This document shows, piece by piece, positions 10,701 through 22,116 of a stretch of 64,000 nt of DNA (positions within the stretch are counted from its first letter, which is position 1; the number at the start of each line of letters is the position of its first letter). Made by a program: the position numbers and the translations under genes. The stretch is from NCBI GenBank assembly GCA_963794325.1, contig CAWCDG010000005.1, forward strand, positions 224,001 to 288,000, read 5' to 3'. The notes beneath the pieces were generated by a model that saw nothing but the letters and a program-made list of their open reading frames with translations, ran no database searches and was not told where the DNA came from. Origin of the DNA: an uncultured delta proteobacterium. Its GTDB lineage: Bacteria; Desulfobacterota; Binatia; Binatales; Binataceae.

Positions 10701-11912
10701 ATGAGCAAGCCGCTGGAAGGAATCAAGGTCGTCGAGATCGCGCAGGAAATCCAGGGGCCGTTCGCGTCGCTGGTTCTGGCCGACATGGGCGCCGACGTGG
10801 TCAAGGTCGAGAACAAGGAGACGGGCGATCTCAGCCGCTGGATGTTGACTGCGTTGATCGGCGGGCCGGACGTAAAGAACGCGACGGTGTCGCATTACTT
10901 CATCGCGATGAATCGCGGCAAGCGGAGCATCACCGCCGATCTGAAAAAGCCCGACGCGATCGAGATGGTCCGCCGGATGGTGAAATCGTACGACGTGCTG
11001 GTCACCAACTATCGTCCCGGCGTGCTCGACCGGCTCGGACTCGGCTATGACGACGTGCGCAAGATCAATCCGCGCATCGTGTACGCGCAGGGAAGTTCGT
11101 GGGGACCGCGTGGGCCGTGGGTAATGCGGCCGAGTCGCGACACGCTCGCGCAGGCCGCGAGCGGCGTGATGGCCAAGACGGGAATGCCGACCGATCCGCC
11201 GCTGGCGGCCGGGATGTTCATCGCCGATCATTCGGGCGCGCTCAGCCTGGCGAGCGGAGTGCTGGCGGCGCTATTCGCACGCGAGCGCACCGGCAAGGGG
11301 CAGAAGGTTGACGCGTCGATCTACGGCACGATGATCGCGATGCAAGGAATGGAGATCAATTATACGTCGATCACCGGGGTCGAGCCTGAGCGGGCCGGCA
11401 GGGGCCATCAGTTTTTGCGCGGCGTGTGGGGCGCGTTCCCGACCAGCGACGGGTTCATCTGTATTGCGGGCGTGGACGAGAAACGCTGGCCGTCGTTCTG
11501 CAAGATCGTCGGGATTCAACATCTCGAGAAAGATCCCGAGTACTCGGACAACGTGGTTCGCAATTTTCATGGCGAGAAGATTCAGAAAGTGCTCGACGAG
11601 ATCTTTCCGAACAAGACGAGCAAGCAATGGCTCAAGGAACTTACCGACGCCGACATCCTGGCGACCGAGGTCGTCGATTACCGCACGATGCTGAAAAGCG
11701 AACAGGCGCGCGTCAACGGATACCTGCTCGAACTCGACCATCCGGTGGCGGGCAAGGTGCTCGTGTCGGGCACGCCGATCACGATCAACGGCGAAGTTAC
11801 GACGGCGGCAGAGGCCGCGCCCGAACACGGGCAGCATACTGAGGAAGTGCTGATCGAACTCGGCTACACGTGGGAAGAGATCGGCGGGCTGCGCGAAAGC
11901 GGCGCGATCTAA
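10701..11912 (+). CDS. CoA-transferase family III (CaiB/BaiF)
   Basis: PLEGIKVVE, LADMGADVVKVE, NRGKRSI, NYRPG, APEHGQHT. Confidence 0.93.
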   Translation: MSKPLEGIKVVEIAQEIQGPFASLVLADMGADVVKVENKETGDLSRWMLTALIGGPDVKNATVSHYFIAMNRGKRSITADLKKPDAIEMVRRMVKSYDVLVTNYRPGVLDRLGLGYDDVRKINPRIVYAQGSSWGPRGPWVMRPSRDTLAQAASGVMAKTGMPTDPPLAAGMFIADHSGALSLASGVLAALFARERTGKGQKVDASIYGTMIAMQGMEINYTSITGVEPERAGRGHQFLRGVWGAFPTSDGFICIAGVDEKRWPSFCKIVGIQHLEKDPEYSDNVVRNFHGEKIQKVLDEIFPNKTSKQWLKELTDADILATEVVDYRTMLKSEQARVNGYLLELDHPVAGKVLVSGTPITINGEVTTAAEAAPEHGQHTEEVLIELGYTWEEIGGLRESGAI

Positions 11913-11918
11913 ACGCGG

Positions 11919-12842
11919 TCACGGACGGGTGACTCGATAGATCTCGAAGGTGCCGTTCACCTGCAGGTGAAAATAGAGCGACTTCTCGTCGGGGGACAGC
12001 GCGGGCGCCTCGGCGAATCCGGTGATCGCTGCGATCTTGCGAGGTTTGCCGAACGGCTTCGTAACCTTCGAGCGTGTCGCCGTATAAATCACCGGCGGCG
12101 GCTTGGGCTGCGAACCCACTTTCGGAATCCGAGTAAAGAAGAACTCGAGTCCCGACTTCGACACATCGGGCGCGTAGTTGAGGTCGTGGGTGTTGATCTT
12201 GCGCATGATCTCGGCGCTGTTCTTGAGTCGAGTGAACTGATCGCCGTTGCGCTTCGCAATCGCGATGCGCGCGGCAGCCGGGACGCTGCCACCGTTGAAG
12301 ACGCCGTCCACGAAATACAACGTGCTGCCGTCGGGGCTGATGCATTGATCGAAATTGACGTCGCCCATTTTGTCCTTCGAAACGCCAGGCACCAACGCGA
12401 CGTTCGAGAGGCTGCCGCTGGAAAAGGTCCCCGAATAGATGGTCGAGAGGGTCTGCGCGTAGCTCCTGTTCGAGATGAAATAGAAAATATCGTTCATGTC
12501 GATCGAGGGGACTGCGGTAAGCGTCATCCCGCCAGAATTCGCACCAGCAATCTCACTCTGAAATTGGAACGTCACGTCGTCGATACGTGTCGCGTAGTAA
12601 AGGTTGGTGGTCTGCGCGCTGTTCGAATTGTTGAAGAAGAGATAGTTGCCGTCGGGGCTGATGAACGGCTCCATCGCGTCCTGGGTGTAGCCCTCAATCG
12701 TCACGTGCTCCGGGTTGGTGAAGACCCCGAAGGACGGCGTGGCATCCGGCGCGTCCGCGATCTCGGCGTTCGAGTTGAACGACGTGCAGAAGAGCAACAG
12801 CGAAAGAATCGAAAGAGTGACGGTGCGATTTGTCGAGCGCAT
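11919..12842 (-). CDS. secreted TolB-like (PD40 repeat) beta-propeller protein
   Basis: Signal peptide; repeated P.ISPDG..LYF units (PFISPDGNYLFF, CISPDGSTLYF, PALSPDEKSLYF). Confidence 0.8.
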   Translation of the reverse strand: MRSTNRTVTLSILSLLLFCTSFNSNAEIADAPDATPSFGVFTNPEHVTIEGYTQDAMEPFISPDGNYLFFNNSNSAQTTNLYYATRIDDVTFQFQSEIAGANSGGMTLTAVPSIDMNDIFYFISNRSYAQTLSTIYSGTFSSGSLSNVALVPGVSKDKMGDVNFDQCISPDGSTLYFVDGVFNGGSVPAAARIAIAKRNGDQFTRLKNSAEIMRKINTHDLNYAPDVSKSGLEFFFTRIPKVGSQPKPPPVIYTATRSKVTKPFGKPRKIAAITGFAEAPALSPDEKSLYFHLQVNGTFEIYRVTRP

Positions 12843-12926
12843 TGTAACTTCTCAGCCTAACTCCCTTGTTGCATATTAGTTCAACTCGCGTTCAATGACA
12901 GTAAGCGAAATCGTGGAGGACCCGCT

Positions 12927-13358
12927 ATGGCGTTACCAGCTCGAATCAGCATCGCGACCCTCGGCGTGAGCGACCTCGCGCGTTCGACCAGGTTTTATCT
13001 GGCGCTCGGCTGGAAACTGGCAGAAGGCTCTTCGCCCGAGATCAGCTTCTTTCGCACCGCGGGAGGAGTGCTGGCGCTCTACCCTTTCGATCTGCTCGCC
13101 AAGGACGCGATGCTGCCAGCGTCGCGAGCGAGCGGATTCGGCGGAGTCACGCTCGCGATCAACCTCGAGCGGCCCGAAGACGTGCAACCGGGACTCGACG
13201 CCGCGAAACAGGCGGGCGCAACGATTCTCAAGGCCGCGACCAAGGCTGAGTGGGGAGGAGTGTCGGGATATTTCGCCGACCCCGACGGCTATCCGTGGGA
13301 AGTAGTTTGGGCGCCCAGGTCTAAGTTCAAGCCCGACGGCTCGCTTGATGTGAGCTAG
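12927..13358 (+). CDS. VOC/glyoxalase family protein
   Basis: TLGVSDLARS..FY..LGW and WGG.SGYFADPDG..WE. Confidence 0.9.
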   Translation: MALPARISIATLGVSDLARSTRFYLALGWKLAEGSSPEISFFRTAGGVLALYPFDLLAKDAMLPASRASGFGGVTLAINLERPEDVQPGLDAAKQAGATILKAATKAEWGGVSGYFADPDGYPWEVVWAPRSKFKPDGSLDVS

Positions 13359-13367
13359 GCGACGAAC

Positions 13368-14081
13368 ATGGCGGAGCGGCACATCGTTGCGATGGGTGGT
13401 GGCGGATTCTCGATGGAGCCGCGCAATCCGAGGCTCGACGATTTTGTATTGAGCCTGGCGCGACGCAGGCGGCGTCCGCAGGTATGCTTCGTCGCCACCG
13501 CGACTGGCGATAGTGATTCGTACATCAGACGGTTCCACGAAGCGTTTCCACCGTCGCGCGCCGCCGCGACTCACCTCACTTTCTTCGAGCGCACGGTTCC
13601 CGACCTCAAAGCGTTCGTGATGGAGCAGGACGTTATCTACGTCGGCGGCGGCAGCAGTGCGAACATGCTCGCAGTATGGCGCTTGCATGGATTCGACAAA
13701 GTGCTGCGCGCGGCGTGGAACGCAGGCGTCGTGATGGCGGGAATCAGCGCGGGCGCTATTTGCTGGTTCGAAGACGGCCTGACGGATTCGTTCGGCATGC
13801 CGTATCGCCCACTCAAGGACGGGCTTGGATTGGTGCGTGGCGCTTGCTGTCCGCATTATGATGGGGAGAAGGAGCGGCGGTCGGTGTTGATGCGATTGAT
13901 CAAGCGTGGATTCCCATCGACGCTCGCGCTCGACGACGGAGCGGCGGCGCATTTCGTCGGAACGCGGCTTAAGGAAGTCGTTTCGTCGCGACCCAAGGCG
14001 CGAGCTTTCCGAGTCACGCTGAGACGCGGTGTCGCAGTCGAGATCGCGATTCCAGTACGATACCTGGGCGCGGGCAGATAG
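13368..14081 (+). CDS. peptidase E (family S51)
   Basis: IYVGGGS, nucleophile motif GISAGA, CPHYD. Confidence 0.88.
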   Translation: MAERHIVAMGGGGFSMEPRNPRLDDFVLSLARRRRRPQVCFVATATGDSDSYIRRFHEAFPPSRAAATHLTFFERTVPDLKAFVMEQDVIYVGGGSSANMLAVWRLHGFDKVLRAAWNAGVVMAGISAGAICWFEDGLTDSFGMPYRPLKDGLGLVRGACCPHYDGEKERRSVLMRLIKRGFPSTLALDDGAAAHFVGTRLKEVVSSRPKARAFRVTLRRGVAVEIAIPVRYLGAGR

Positions 14082-14092
14082 AGGAGAGACGG

Positions 14093-14761
14093 ATGGCGAC
14101 AACCGGAACAATGGACGAGGCCAAGCGAAGTTACATCCCCGCCTTCGGGAAGCGCTGGCTGTTGCCGCTTTACGATCCATTCCTGTGGCTGTTGGGAGCG
14201 GACAAGGCGAAACGGCCGCTGATCGAGCAGGCAAAAATCAAACCAGGATTTCGTGTGCTCGATATCGGATGCGGTACCGGATCGATGGCAGTAGAGATCA
14301 AGCGAATGCATCCTGAGGCCGAGGTTGTGGGAATCGATCCGGACCCATCGGCTTTATCGACCGCAGAGCGCAAGGCGAAGCGTGCGGGACTCTCGATCGA
14401 ATTCGATCGCGGCTTCGCGGACCACATGCCTTATGCGGATGCGTCGTTTGACCGGGTGTTCTCGTCGTTCATGTTTCACCATCTGGCTGCGGACGAAAAG
14501 ACGGCGACGCTCGGCGAGATTCGGCGCGTGCTGAAGGCCGGCGGATCGCTTCATCTGCTGGACTTCGTCCGGGAGCACGGCGCGCACTCTGGAACTGCGG
14601 AGCATGGAAATTGGATCCATCGCCATGGCGCGGTGGCTGAGCGGATCGAAGGTCGGATGACGTCGCTCATGGACGAGGCGGGGTTGGCCGATTCGAGGGA
14701 AGTGTCGCGGGGGAAGAACTTCTTCGGGCCGATCGCTTACTACCGTGCCGCCAATCCCTGA
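14093..14761 (+). CDS. class I SAM-dependent methyltransferase
   Basis: VLDIGCGTG, DASFDRV, RVLKAGG. Confidence 0.9.
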   Translation: MATTGTMDEAKRSYIPAFGKRWLLPLYDPFLWLLGADKAKRPLIEQAKIKPGFRVLDIGCGTGSMAVEIKRMHPEAEVVGIDPDPSALSTAERKAKRAGLSIEFDRGFADHMPYADASFDRVFSSFMFHHLAADEKTATLGEIRRVLKAGGSLHLLDFVREHGAHSGTAEHGNWIHRHGAVAERIEGRMTSLMDEAGLADSREVSRGKNFFGPIAYYRAANP

Positions 14762-14803
14762 ATCGAGCTGACTCGCGTGACAAGGTGGGCTGGCCTGCTC
14801 TAG

Positions 14804-16131
<1,328 letters not shown>

Positions 16132-16132
<1 letters not shown>

Positions 16133-17677
16133 TGCCCGCGAGGCCGCCGGTCGCAGCGCTGATAATTTTCGACGGATGGGGAATCAGCAAAGGCCGCGCT
16201 TCGAATGCGATCGCGGCGGCGAAGACGCCGGTCATGGATCGCCTCTACGCGACGAGTGCGCATACTGAACTCGACGCGTCGGGCGAAGCGGTCGGATTGC
16301 CGCCGGGGGTGATGGGCAATTCCGAAGTCGGGCATCTTACGATCGGATCGGGCCGCGTTATCTACCAGGATTTGATGCGGATCACGAAAGCGATCGAGAG
16401 CGGGGCTTTCGCTCGAAACCCGACGATTCTCGCGGCGATCAAAAAGGCCGTCGCGTCCGGCACGACGCTGCATATCTGGGGGCTGCTTTCCGACGGCAGC
16501 GTGCACAGTCATATCGATCATTTGATCGCTTTGCTCGACGTCGCCAGCGCAAACGGAGCGACCCGGATTGCGGTTCATGCGGTGCTCGACGGTCGCGACA
16601 AGCCGCCGCGATCGGCGCTGGAGTTTATCGACCAAGTCGAAGCGAAGCTGAAGCAGCTGGGGTGCGGGCGGATCGCGACGGTCATTGGGCGTTATTATGC
16701 GATGGATCGCGACAAGCGATGGGACCGAGTCGAGCAGGCTTGGCGCGCGATGGTCGAGGCAGAAGGAATCGCCGCGGCCAGCGCACGCGAGGCGGTCGAG
16801 AAATCGTACGCCGCGGGCAAGAGCGATGAATTCGTCGAGCCGCACGTGATCGGTGAGCGAGCGCCGATGGCGGATGGCGATCAGATCATCTGCTTCAACT
16901 TCCGGGCGGACCGGGCGCGCGAGCTGACGGCGGCGATCGCGCTCGAAGGATTCTCGGAGTTCCGGCGTCTCGCGGATTCCGAAAGTCGGGTACGTGTGTA
17001 TGACCGAGTACGATCGATCGTTCGGGCTTCCGCTCGCGTTCGGTCCCGAAGATGTGCGCAACACGCTGGCCGAGGTGATGGCGCATGCGGGAATCAGGAA
17101 CCTGCGGGTCGCGGAGACCGAGAAATATGCGCACGTGACCTACTTCCTGAACGGTGGCGTCGAGAAGGCGTTTCCACTCGAGGAGCGCGCGCTGATTCCG
17201 TCGTCGAAGGTCGCGACCTATGACCTCGAGCCACGGATGAAGGCGGCGGCGATCGCGACGCGCGTCGAAGAAGAAGTGGCGAGCGGCAAGTTCGACGTGA
17301 TTGTGATGAACTTCGCAAATCCCGACATGGTGGGGCATACCGGCAAGTTCGATGCGACGGTGGCGGCGGTCGAGGCGACGGACGCGGCGCTCGGCGTTGT
17401 GATCGGGGCGCTCGAGAAGCGCGGGGGCGTCGCGCTGATCACGGCGGATCACGGCAATGCGGAATTCATGGCAGATCCGGCGACCGGGCAGGCGCATACG
17501 GCGCACACGACGAATCCGGTGCCGCTGATTCTGTACGATCCGAAATTCAAAGGACGGTTGAAAGATGGCGGCACGCTCGCGGACGTGGCGCCGACGATTC
17601 TCGGGATGCTCGGGGTGAAGGCGCCGAAAGAGATGACTGGGCGCGATTTGCGGGTCGACGCGGTGCCAGGAACCTAA
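16132..17677 (+). CDS. gpmI: 2,3-bisphosphoglycerate-independent phosphoglycerate mutase, frameshifted near 16970
   Basis: GNSEVGH, GRYYAMDRD and NFRADRAR are in ORF1; ETEKYAHVT, NPDMVGHTG and ADHGNAE are in ORF2. One extra base separates the frames. Confidence 0.93.
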
Positions 17678-17790
17678 CCCCTAACCCCTTCCCGAGCGGG
17701 AAGGGGAACCGAATTAAAAGAAACAGCGCTTCGCGCGCGGGAAGGGGAACCGGATTAAAGGAAACACCCGCTTCGCGCGCGCGAAGGGGA
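17671..17790 (+). repeat. REP-like palindromic repeat copy 1, plus two ~41-nt tandem partial units
   Basis: AACCTAACCCCTAA-CCCCTTCCCG-AG-CGGGAAGGGG-AACCG, then GGGAAGGGGAACCG..TTAAA.GAAACA..CGCTTCGCGCGCG repeated. Confidence 0.85.
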
Positions 17791-17799
17791 GCGAGTGAG

Positions 17800-19881
17800 C
17801 TACCAGCGGATTACTTGCTCGTAGATTTTTGGGAGCTGGCGCGGCAACGATGCGATGTCCTCGATTACCAGGTAGCGCGAGGATTGGCACATCTGGCGGA
17901 GGTAGTCGTGGCCGGTTTTGTCCACTGTGATGCAGAAGGGGAGGACGCCGGCGAGTTCGAGTTCCTTCAGCGCGACCATCGTGTCCTGGATGCCGTAGGC
18001 GTTTGAGCGGCGGTCGTGGCCGTAGTCGAAATCCTGGGGGAAGCCGTCGCTCAGCAGGATCATGTGCTTGGCGCGCGACGACACGTCCTTGAATTTTTCG
18101 CGGACGTGGCGAATCGCCGCGCCCATCCGGGTTGAGCGCTTGGGCTCGACCGCGCCGACCCGCGCCTTCACCTCATCGCTGAGTTCCTGATCGAATTCCT
18201 TGATCACGTAGAACTCGACGTTGTCGCGGCCGTGGCCGGAGAAGCCCATGATCGCGTACGCGTCGCCGATTTCCTCGAGCGCCTGCGCCATGATGACGAG
18301 CGCTTCCTTGTTGACGTCAATGATGCGGCGCGGGCGATTTGCGGTTTGCGGGCGTCGCTGCCATGCCTTCATCCAGTCGTCGGTGTCGTCATCGTCGGTA
18401 TGCTTGCGCGGCTCGCGATGCACGGGCTCGTCGGTCGAGGCCGACATGTCGAGCAGGAACAGCGTGGCGACGTCGCGCGCCTCTTTCTTGCGAGCCTTGT
18501 AGAAGCGGCCGTCGGGCGTCTCGCCCATCAGGCGCGCCACGCGAGCTTCGATGGTGCGGTCGATGTCGATTTCCTCACCGTCTTCGAGTCCGCGGACCAT
18601 CCGGTACGAGGCGGGGCGGATGCGCTGGAAGTTGCGGCGCACACCGGGGAGCATCTCAGCATAGCGCACGAGCGTGTTCTCGAAAAAATCGCCCTCGTCG
18701 CCGGTCAGCGGAATTTCGCGCAATCGGCACCAGTTGCGGCGGTAGTCGTTCAGCACGTAGTCCCATTCGTCGTACGCGTAGTACGAATCCTGGCGGCCGC
18801 GGCCGATCATCAGGCGTCCTTGCCCGGTGACGGTGCCGACTTCGCCGAGCTGCTCGCGCATCTGCTCGAGCTCGCTGAGCTGCTTGCCGGTGAGTTGCGT
18901 CAGGTACATGCCGTCGCCGTCGGCGCTGCCGTCGCCTTGCGAGGGTTTGATCTCGGCGCCCTGCTCGATCAGCTTGCGCAATTCTTCGGGCGAGAGCGCC
19001 CTGCCCTGTCCGCCCTTGGACTGCTTGCCCGAGACGTCCATCTGGACGTTCTGATCGGGCTCGCCGCCGCCGTCGCCCTGTTCGCCGTCTTCGCCTTCGC
19101 CGGCGGTCTGCGATTCGGAGCCCTTCATTCCTTTGATCAGGTCGTTGCGCATCCGCTCCGCTTCTTCTTCGGTGAGCGGATCGCCCTCGCCGCGCTCGCG
19201 CGCCTGCCGAATCAGCTCCTGGAGCCAATTGTAGAGCGCGCTGACCTGGCGAACGCTGGTCATCACGTCGGCGCCGCGGGCGCGCACGGGCGCGAAGTGA
19301 CGCGAGGCCATCATCACCAGCGGTGATTCGATCGCTTCGCCGGTGGCATCGAGGTCGAGCGCCGCGCGCACCAGCATCGTGCTGAGCGACTCGGGATGGA
19401 GCCGTTCGAGCAGCGAGTGGTTAAGGGTCGCGATGCGCGGTGCGAGTCCGCGATAACGTCGCGCGAGCTCGGCGTCAATTCGCGCCGACTCGGCGAGCCG
19501 CATTAGGGCACCGGCGAGGCCGGGGTCGTCGAATGAGGCGACAAAGCTGTCGATCGCCTCGACGCCGGTCTCGCCGCGCTCTTCGAAGCCCGCGATATCC
19601 GCGAGCTTCAGCTTGAAGGTGCCGAAGTCGTGCCGCGCGGCGAGATGCGCGGTCGTGACGAAATAATAAATGTAGGCGTCGCCGCGAGTGCCGAACGGCT
19701 CGAGCTTTTCCGGCAGGTAGATCATTTCGCCCGGCAGGAGCGGGTAATGGAACGGCAGCATCGGGGCGCTGTTGGCGATCGAGTCGATGCGGAATTCAAG
19801 CGGAAACAGCATCCGCATGAATTTTGTCAGCACACCCTTTATTTCGAAGAGGTTCTGAGGTTTCTCGGGAACTTCGGGCAT
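17800..19881 (-). CDS. von Willebrand factor A domain protein, NorD/CbbO-like
   Basis: Y.YDEWDY, GEEIDID, MIDAS motif LLDMSAST, STRMGAAIRH, LSDGFPQD; start uncertain (ATG 19881 or TTG 19917). Confidence 0.85.
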   Translation of the reverse strand: MPEVPEKPQNLFEIKGVLTKFMRMLFPLEFRIDSIANSAPMLPFHYPLLPGEMIYLPEKLEPFGTRGDAYIYYFVTTAHLAARHDFGTFKLKLADIAGFEERGETGVEAIDSFVASFDDPGLAGALMRLAESARIDAELARRYRGLAPRIATLNHSLLERLHPESLSTMLVRAALDLDATGEAIESPLVMMASRHFAPVRARGADVMTSVRQVSALYNWLQELIRQARERGEGDPLTEEEAERMRNDLIKGMKGSESQTAGEGEDGEQGDGGGEPDQNVQMDVSGKQSKGGQGRALSPEELRKLIEQGAEIKPSQGDGSADGDGMYLTQLTGKQLSELEQMREQLGEVGTVTGQGRLMIGRGRQDSYYAYDEWDYVLNDYRRNWCRLREIPLTGDEGDFFENTLVRYAEMLPGVRRNFQRIRPASYRMVRGLEDGEEIDIDRTIEARVARLMGETPDGRFYKARKKEARDVATLFLLDMSASTDEPVHREPRKHTDDDDTDDWMKAWQRRPQTANRPRRIIDVNKEALVIMAQALEEIGDAYAIMGFSGHGRDNVEFYVIKEFDQELSDEVKARVGAVEPKRSTRMGAAIRHVREKFKDVSSRAKHMILLSDGFPQDFDYGHDRRSNAYGIQDTMVALKELELAGVLPFCITVDKTGHDYLRQMCQSSRYLVIEDIASLPRQLPKIYEQVIRW

Positions 19882-19943
19882 CGTCGTAATTGATTCTTGC
19901 AAGAACGGCTGTAGCAATCAAATTTGATTGCAGTGATACCAAG

Positions 19944-19987
19944 AACCTAACCCCTAGCCCCTTCCCATAGTGGGAAGGGGGACCGGA
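19944..19987 (+). repeat. REP-like palindromic repeat copy 2
   Basis: AACCTAACCCCTAG-CCCCTTCCCA-TAG-TGGGAAGGGG-GACCGG. Confidence 0.85.
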
Positions 19988-20023
19988 GGTGAAAAATATT
20001 TGATTCGGCTTCTGAGAGATCGC

Positions 20024-20052
20024 TTGACACAAAAAATACGGACGTACATATT
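20024..20052 (+). promoter_or_regulatory. sigma70-type promoter with overlapping putative TetR operator
   Basis: TTGACA-17 nt-CATATT containing AATACGgaCGTACATATT; near-identical copy at 21460-21488. Confidence 0.7.
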
Positions 20053-20104
20053 TGATTGGTCAACCGCGACTGACCCATAAATTTCCCCTCCCAAGGAGTT
20101 CACT

Positions 20105-20851
20105 ATGAATACCCCCGTTGTTTTGATCACAGGCGCCCTCACAGGAATTGGTCGCGCCACCGCGATTGCTTTCGCGCGCAAAGGCGCGCGCATCGCCATC
20201 TCAGGCCGCCGCGACGAAGCCGGCCAGAAATTAGTCGCTGAACTCCGCGAGATTGGCGCCGAGGCCGAATTTTGGCGTACCGACGTGCGGCACGATGAAG
20301 ATGTCCGCGACCTGGTTGATAAGACCGTCGCGCGCTTCGGCCGCCTCGATGCTGCCGTGAACAACGCCGGCACCGAAGGCAAGCAAGGTCCGGTAACTGA
20401 GCAGACCGCGGAGAGCTACGCGGCGACCTTCGACACTAACGTGCTGGGCACGCTGCTGAGCATGAAGCACGAGCTGCGCGCGATGCTTCCGCAAGGCAGT
20501 GGGAGCATTGTCAACGTTTCATCGGCCTATGGCAGCGTAGGCGCTCCGGGAGCATCGGTGTACGTCGCGAGTAAGCATGCGGTGGAAGGAATGACCAAGT
20601 CCGCTGCACTGGAAGTCGCGGGAACCGGCGTTCGCGTAAACGTAGTAGCTCCGGGCACTACGGACACGGGGATGCTCACACGCTTCACCAGTACAGATGA
20701 AAATAAGGCGGCACTGGTCTCGACCGTGCCGGTCAAACGCCTCGCAACACCGGAAGAGATCGCTAATGTGATCGTCTTTGTAGCCTCCGCAGAGGCCTCG
20801 TACATGACCGGTGCGTCCATTCCAGTGGATGGAGGAATGCTAGCTGACTAA
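20105..20851 (+). CDS. classical SDR oxidoreductase
   Basis: TGALTGIG, NNAG, YVASKHA, VNVVAPG; AAGGAG RBS. Confidence 0.93.
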   Translation: MNTPVVLITGALTGIGRATAIAFARKGARIAISGRRDEAGQKLVAELREIGAEAEFWRTDVRHDEDVRDLVDKTVARFGRLDAAVNNAGTEGKQGPVTEQTAESYAATFDTNVLGTLLSMKHELRAMLPQGSGSIVNVSSAYGSVGAPGASVYVASKHAVEGMTKSAALEVAGTGVRVNVVAPGTTDTGMLTRFTSTDENKAALVSTVPVKRLATPEEIANVIVFVASAEASYMTGASIPVDGGMLAD

Positions 20852-20872
20852 CACTATTGGGAGAGTGGCAAC

Positions 20873-21439
20873 ATGGTCACTGGCAACGGTTATCGCCGGG
20901 TTGTAACGGGACATCGGGGCGGAAAATCCGTGGTGCTGAGCGATCAGCGTCGCGAGCCTTATAAATTCAAGACCGTCGCCGGCTTCGAACACACCTACAT
21001 GTGGTCGACGGACGGGTCGCTTGAATCCGATCTCGATCAGGTTGATCAGAAACTGCCGAAATCGGCGCTGCCTTCCGCCAACGGCTCCCTTCTCCAGATC
21101 GTGACGTTTCCGCCCGCGACGGTAGCTTCACCTACGTCGGACCCTTCGCAGGCAGCCCAGGAACTTCTCACACGCCTGCCGGGACTGGCCGATACTTTCG
21201 AGCGCGACGGGTCGCGGATGCACGTAACGCAAACTGTGGACTACGCGATCCTGCTCGACGGCGAGTTGTGGCTGGAACTCGACGACGGCGAGACGGTGCA
21301 TCTTGTTGCGGGCGACATCGTCGTGCAGCAGGCGACGCGCCATGGATGGCGCAACAAGGGTGAGCGCCCGGCGACGATCGCTTTCGTGATGCTCGGTTCC
21401 AGCTCGGCGCGCTCGAAGCAGAGATCAAACCATGACTGA
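20873..21439 (+). CDS. cupin domain protein
   Basis: RRVVTGH, MHVTQTVDY...GE, GD.VVQQATRHGWRN. Confidence 0.88.
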   Translation: MVTGNGYRRVVTGHRGGKSVVLSDQRREPYKFKTVAGFEHTYMWSTDGSLESDLDQVDQKLPKSALPSANGSLLQIVTFPPATVASPTSDPSQAAQELLTRLPGLADTFERDGSRMHVTQTVDYAILLDGELWLELDDGETVHLVAGDIVVQQATRHGWRNKGERPATIAFVMLGSSSARSKQRSNHD

Positions 21440-21459
21440 GGACGCGAGGTCTTCAGCCG

Positions 21460-21488
21460 TTGACCTTCTCAATACGAGCGTACATATT
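21460..21488 (+). promoter_or_regulatory. sigma70-type promoter / putative TetR auto-operator
   Basis: TTGACC-17 nt-CATATT containing AATACGagCGTACATATT; GTG start 7 nt downstream. Confidence 0.7.
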
Positions 21489-21495
21489 GCGGCTA

Positions 21496-22077
21496 GTGGC
21501 CAAACCGTCGAATCGGGAGAAAATCCTGACTGAAGGCCTTCGCGTTGTGCACGAACGCGGGTTTGGAGGCGCGAGCGTTCGCGATATCGTCGAGGCCGCA
21601 GGAGTGCCGCAGGGGTCGTTCACCAATCACTTCACTTCGAAAGAAGCCTTCTGCCTTGAAATACTCGACCTCTATTTCAAAGACGTCCGGGCGACGATTG
21701 ACAGAACTCTTCGCAATGACTCGCTTCCGCCGCTTAAGCGCTTGCGCGCCTACGTCGATGCACAGATCAAGTATCTCAATCGGATCGGTTGGCAGAACGG
21801 ATGTCTGGTCGGTAATTTCAGCGCCGAAGCGAGCGAGCACAGCGAAGTGATCAGGAAGCGGCTGGTCGAAATATATGAAGAGATGCGCCAGGCGGCCGCG
21901 TATTGCTTGAAAGCCGCGGTGAAGCTTGGCGAGTTGCCGCGGAAGACGGAATGCGATGAGCTCGCGGGCTTTTTGATTGCGTCATTGCAGGGCGCGATAC
22001 TTCAGTCGAAGACAGAGCGCAGCGCGGTTCCCGTCGAGCGGTTCAAGCATTTGATTTTTTCCACCATCCTGGGTTGA
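21496..22077 (+). CDS. TetR/AcrR family regulator (NemR/LmrA-like)
   Basis: HTH SVRDIVEAAGVPQGSFTNHFTSKE and GCLVGN; start set at GTG 21496. Confidence 0.92.
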   Translation: MAKPSNREKILTEGLRVVHERGFGGASVRDIVEAAGVPQGSFTNHFTSKEAFCLEILDLYFKDVRATIDRTLRNDSLPPLKRLRAYVDAQIKYLNRIGWQNGCLVGNFSAEASEHSEVIRKRLVEIYEEMRQAAAYCLKAAVKLGELPRKTECDELAGFLIASLQGAILQSKTERSAVPVERFKHLIFSTILG

Positions 22078-22116
22078 ATTAGCGCTTCACGATGCAGAGG
22101 CCTGGGACCTGCCTAC

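Noticed and set aside
16960-16995. Programmed frameshift or true pseudogene in gpmI
   Set aside because: No slippery sequence is visible, both halves are intact, and similar indels are scattered through the window.
17671-17700. CCTAACCCCTAACCCC as a telomere-like repeat
   Set aside because: Only two units, and they form the 5' arm of the REP-like element.
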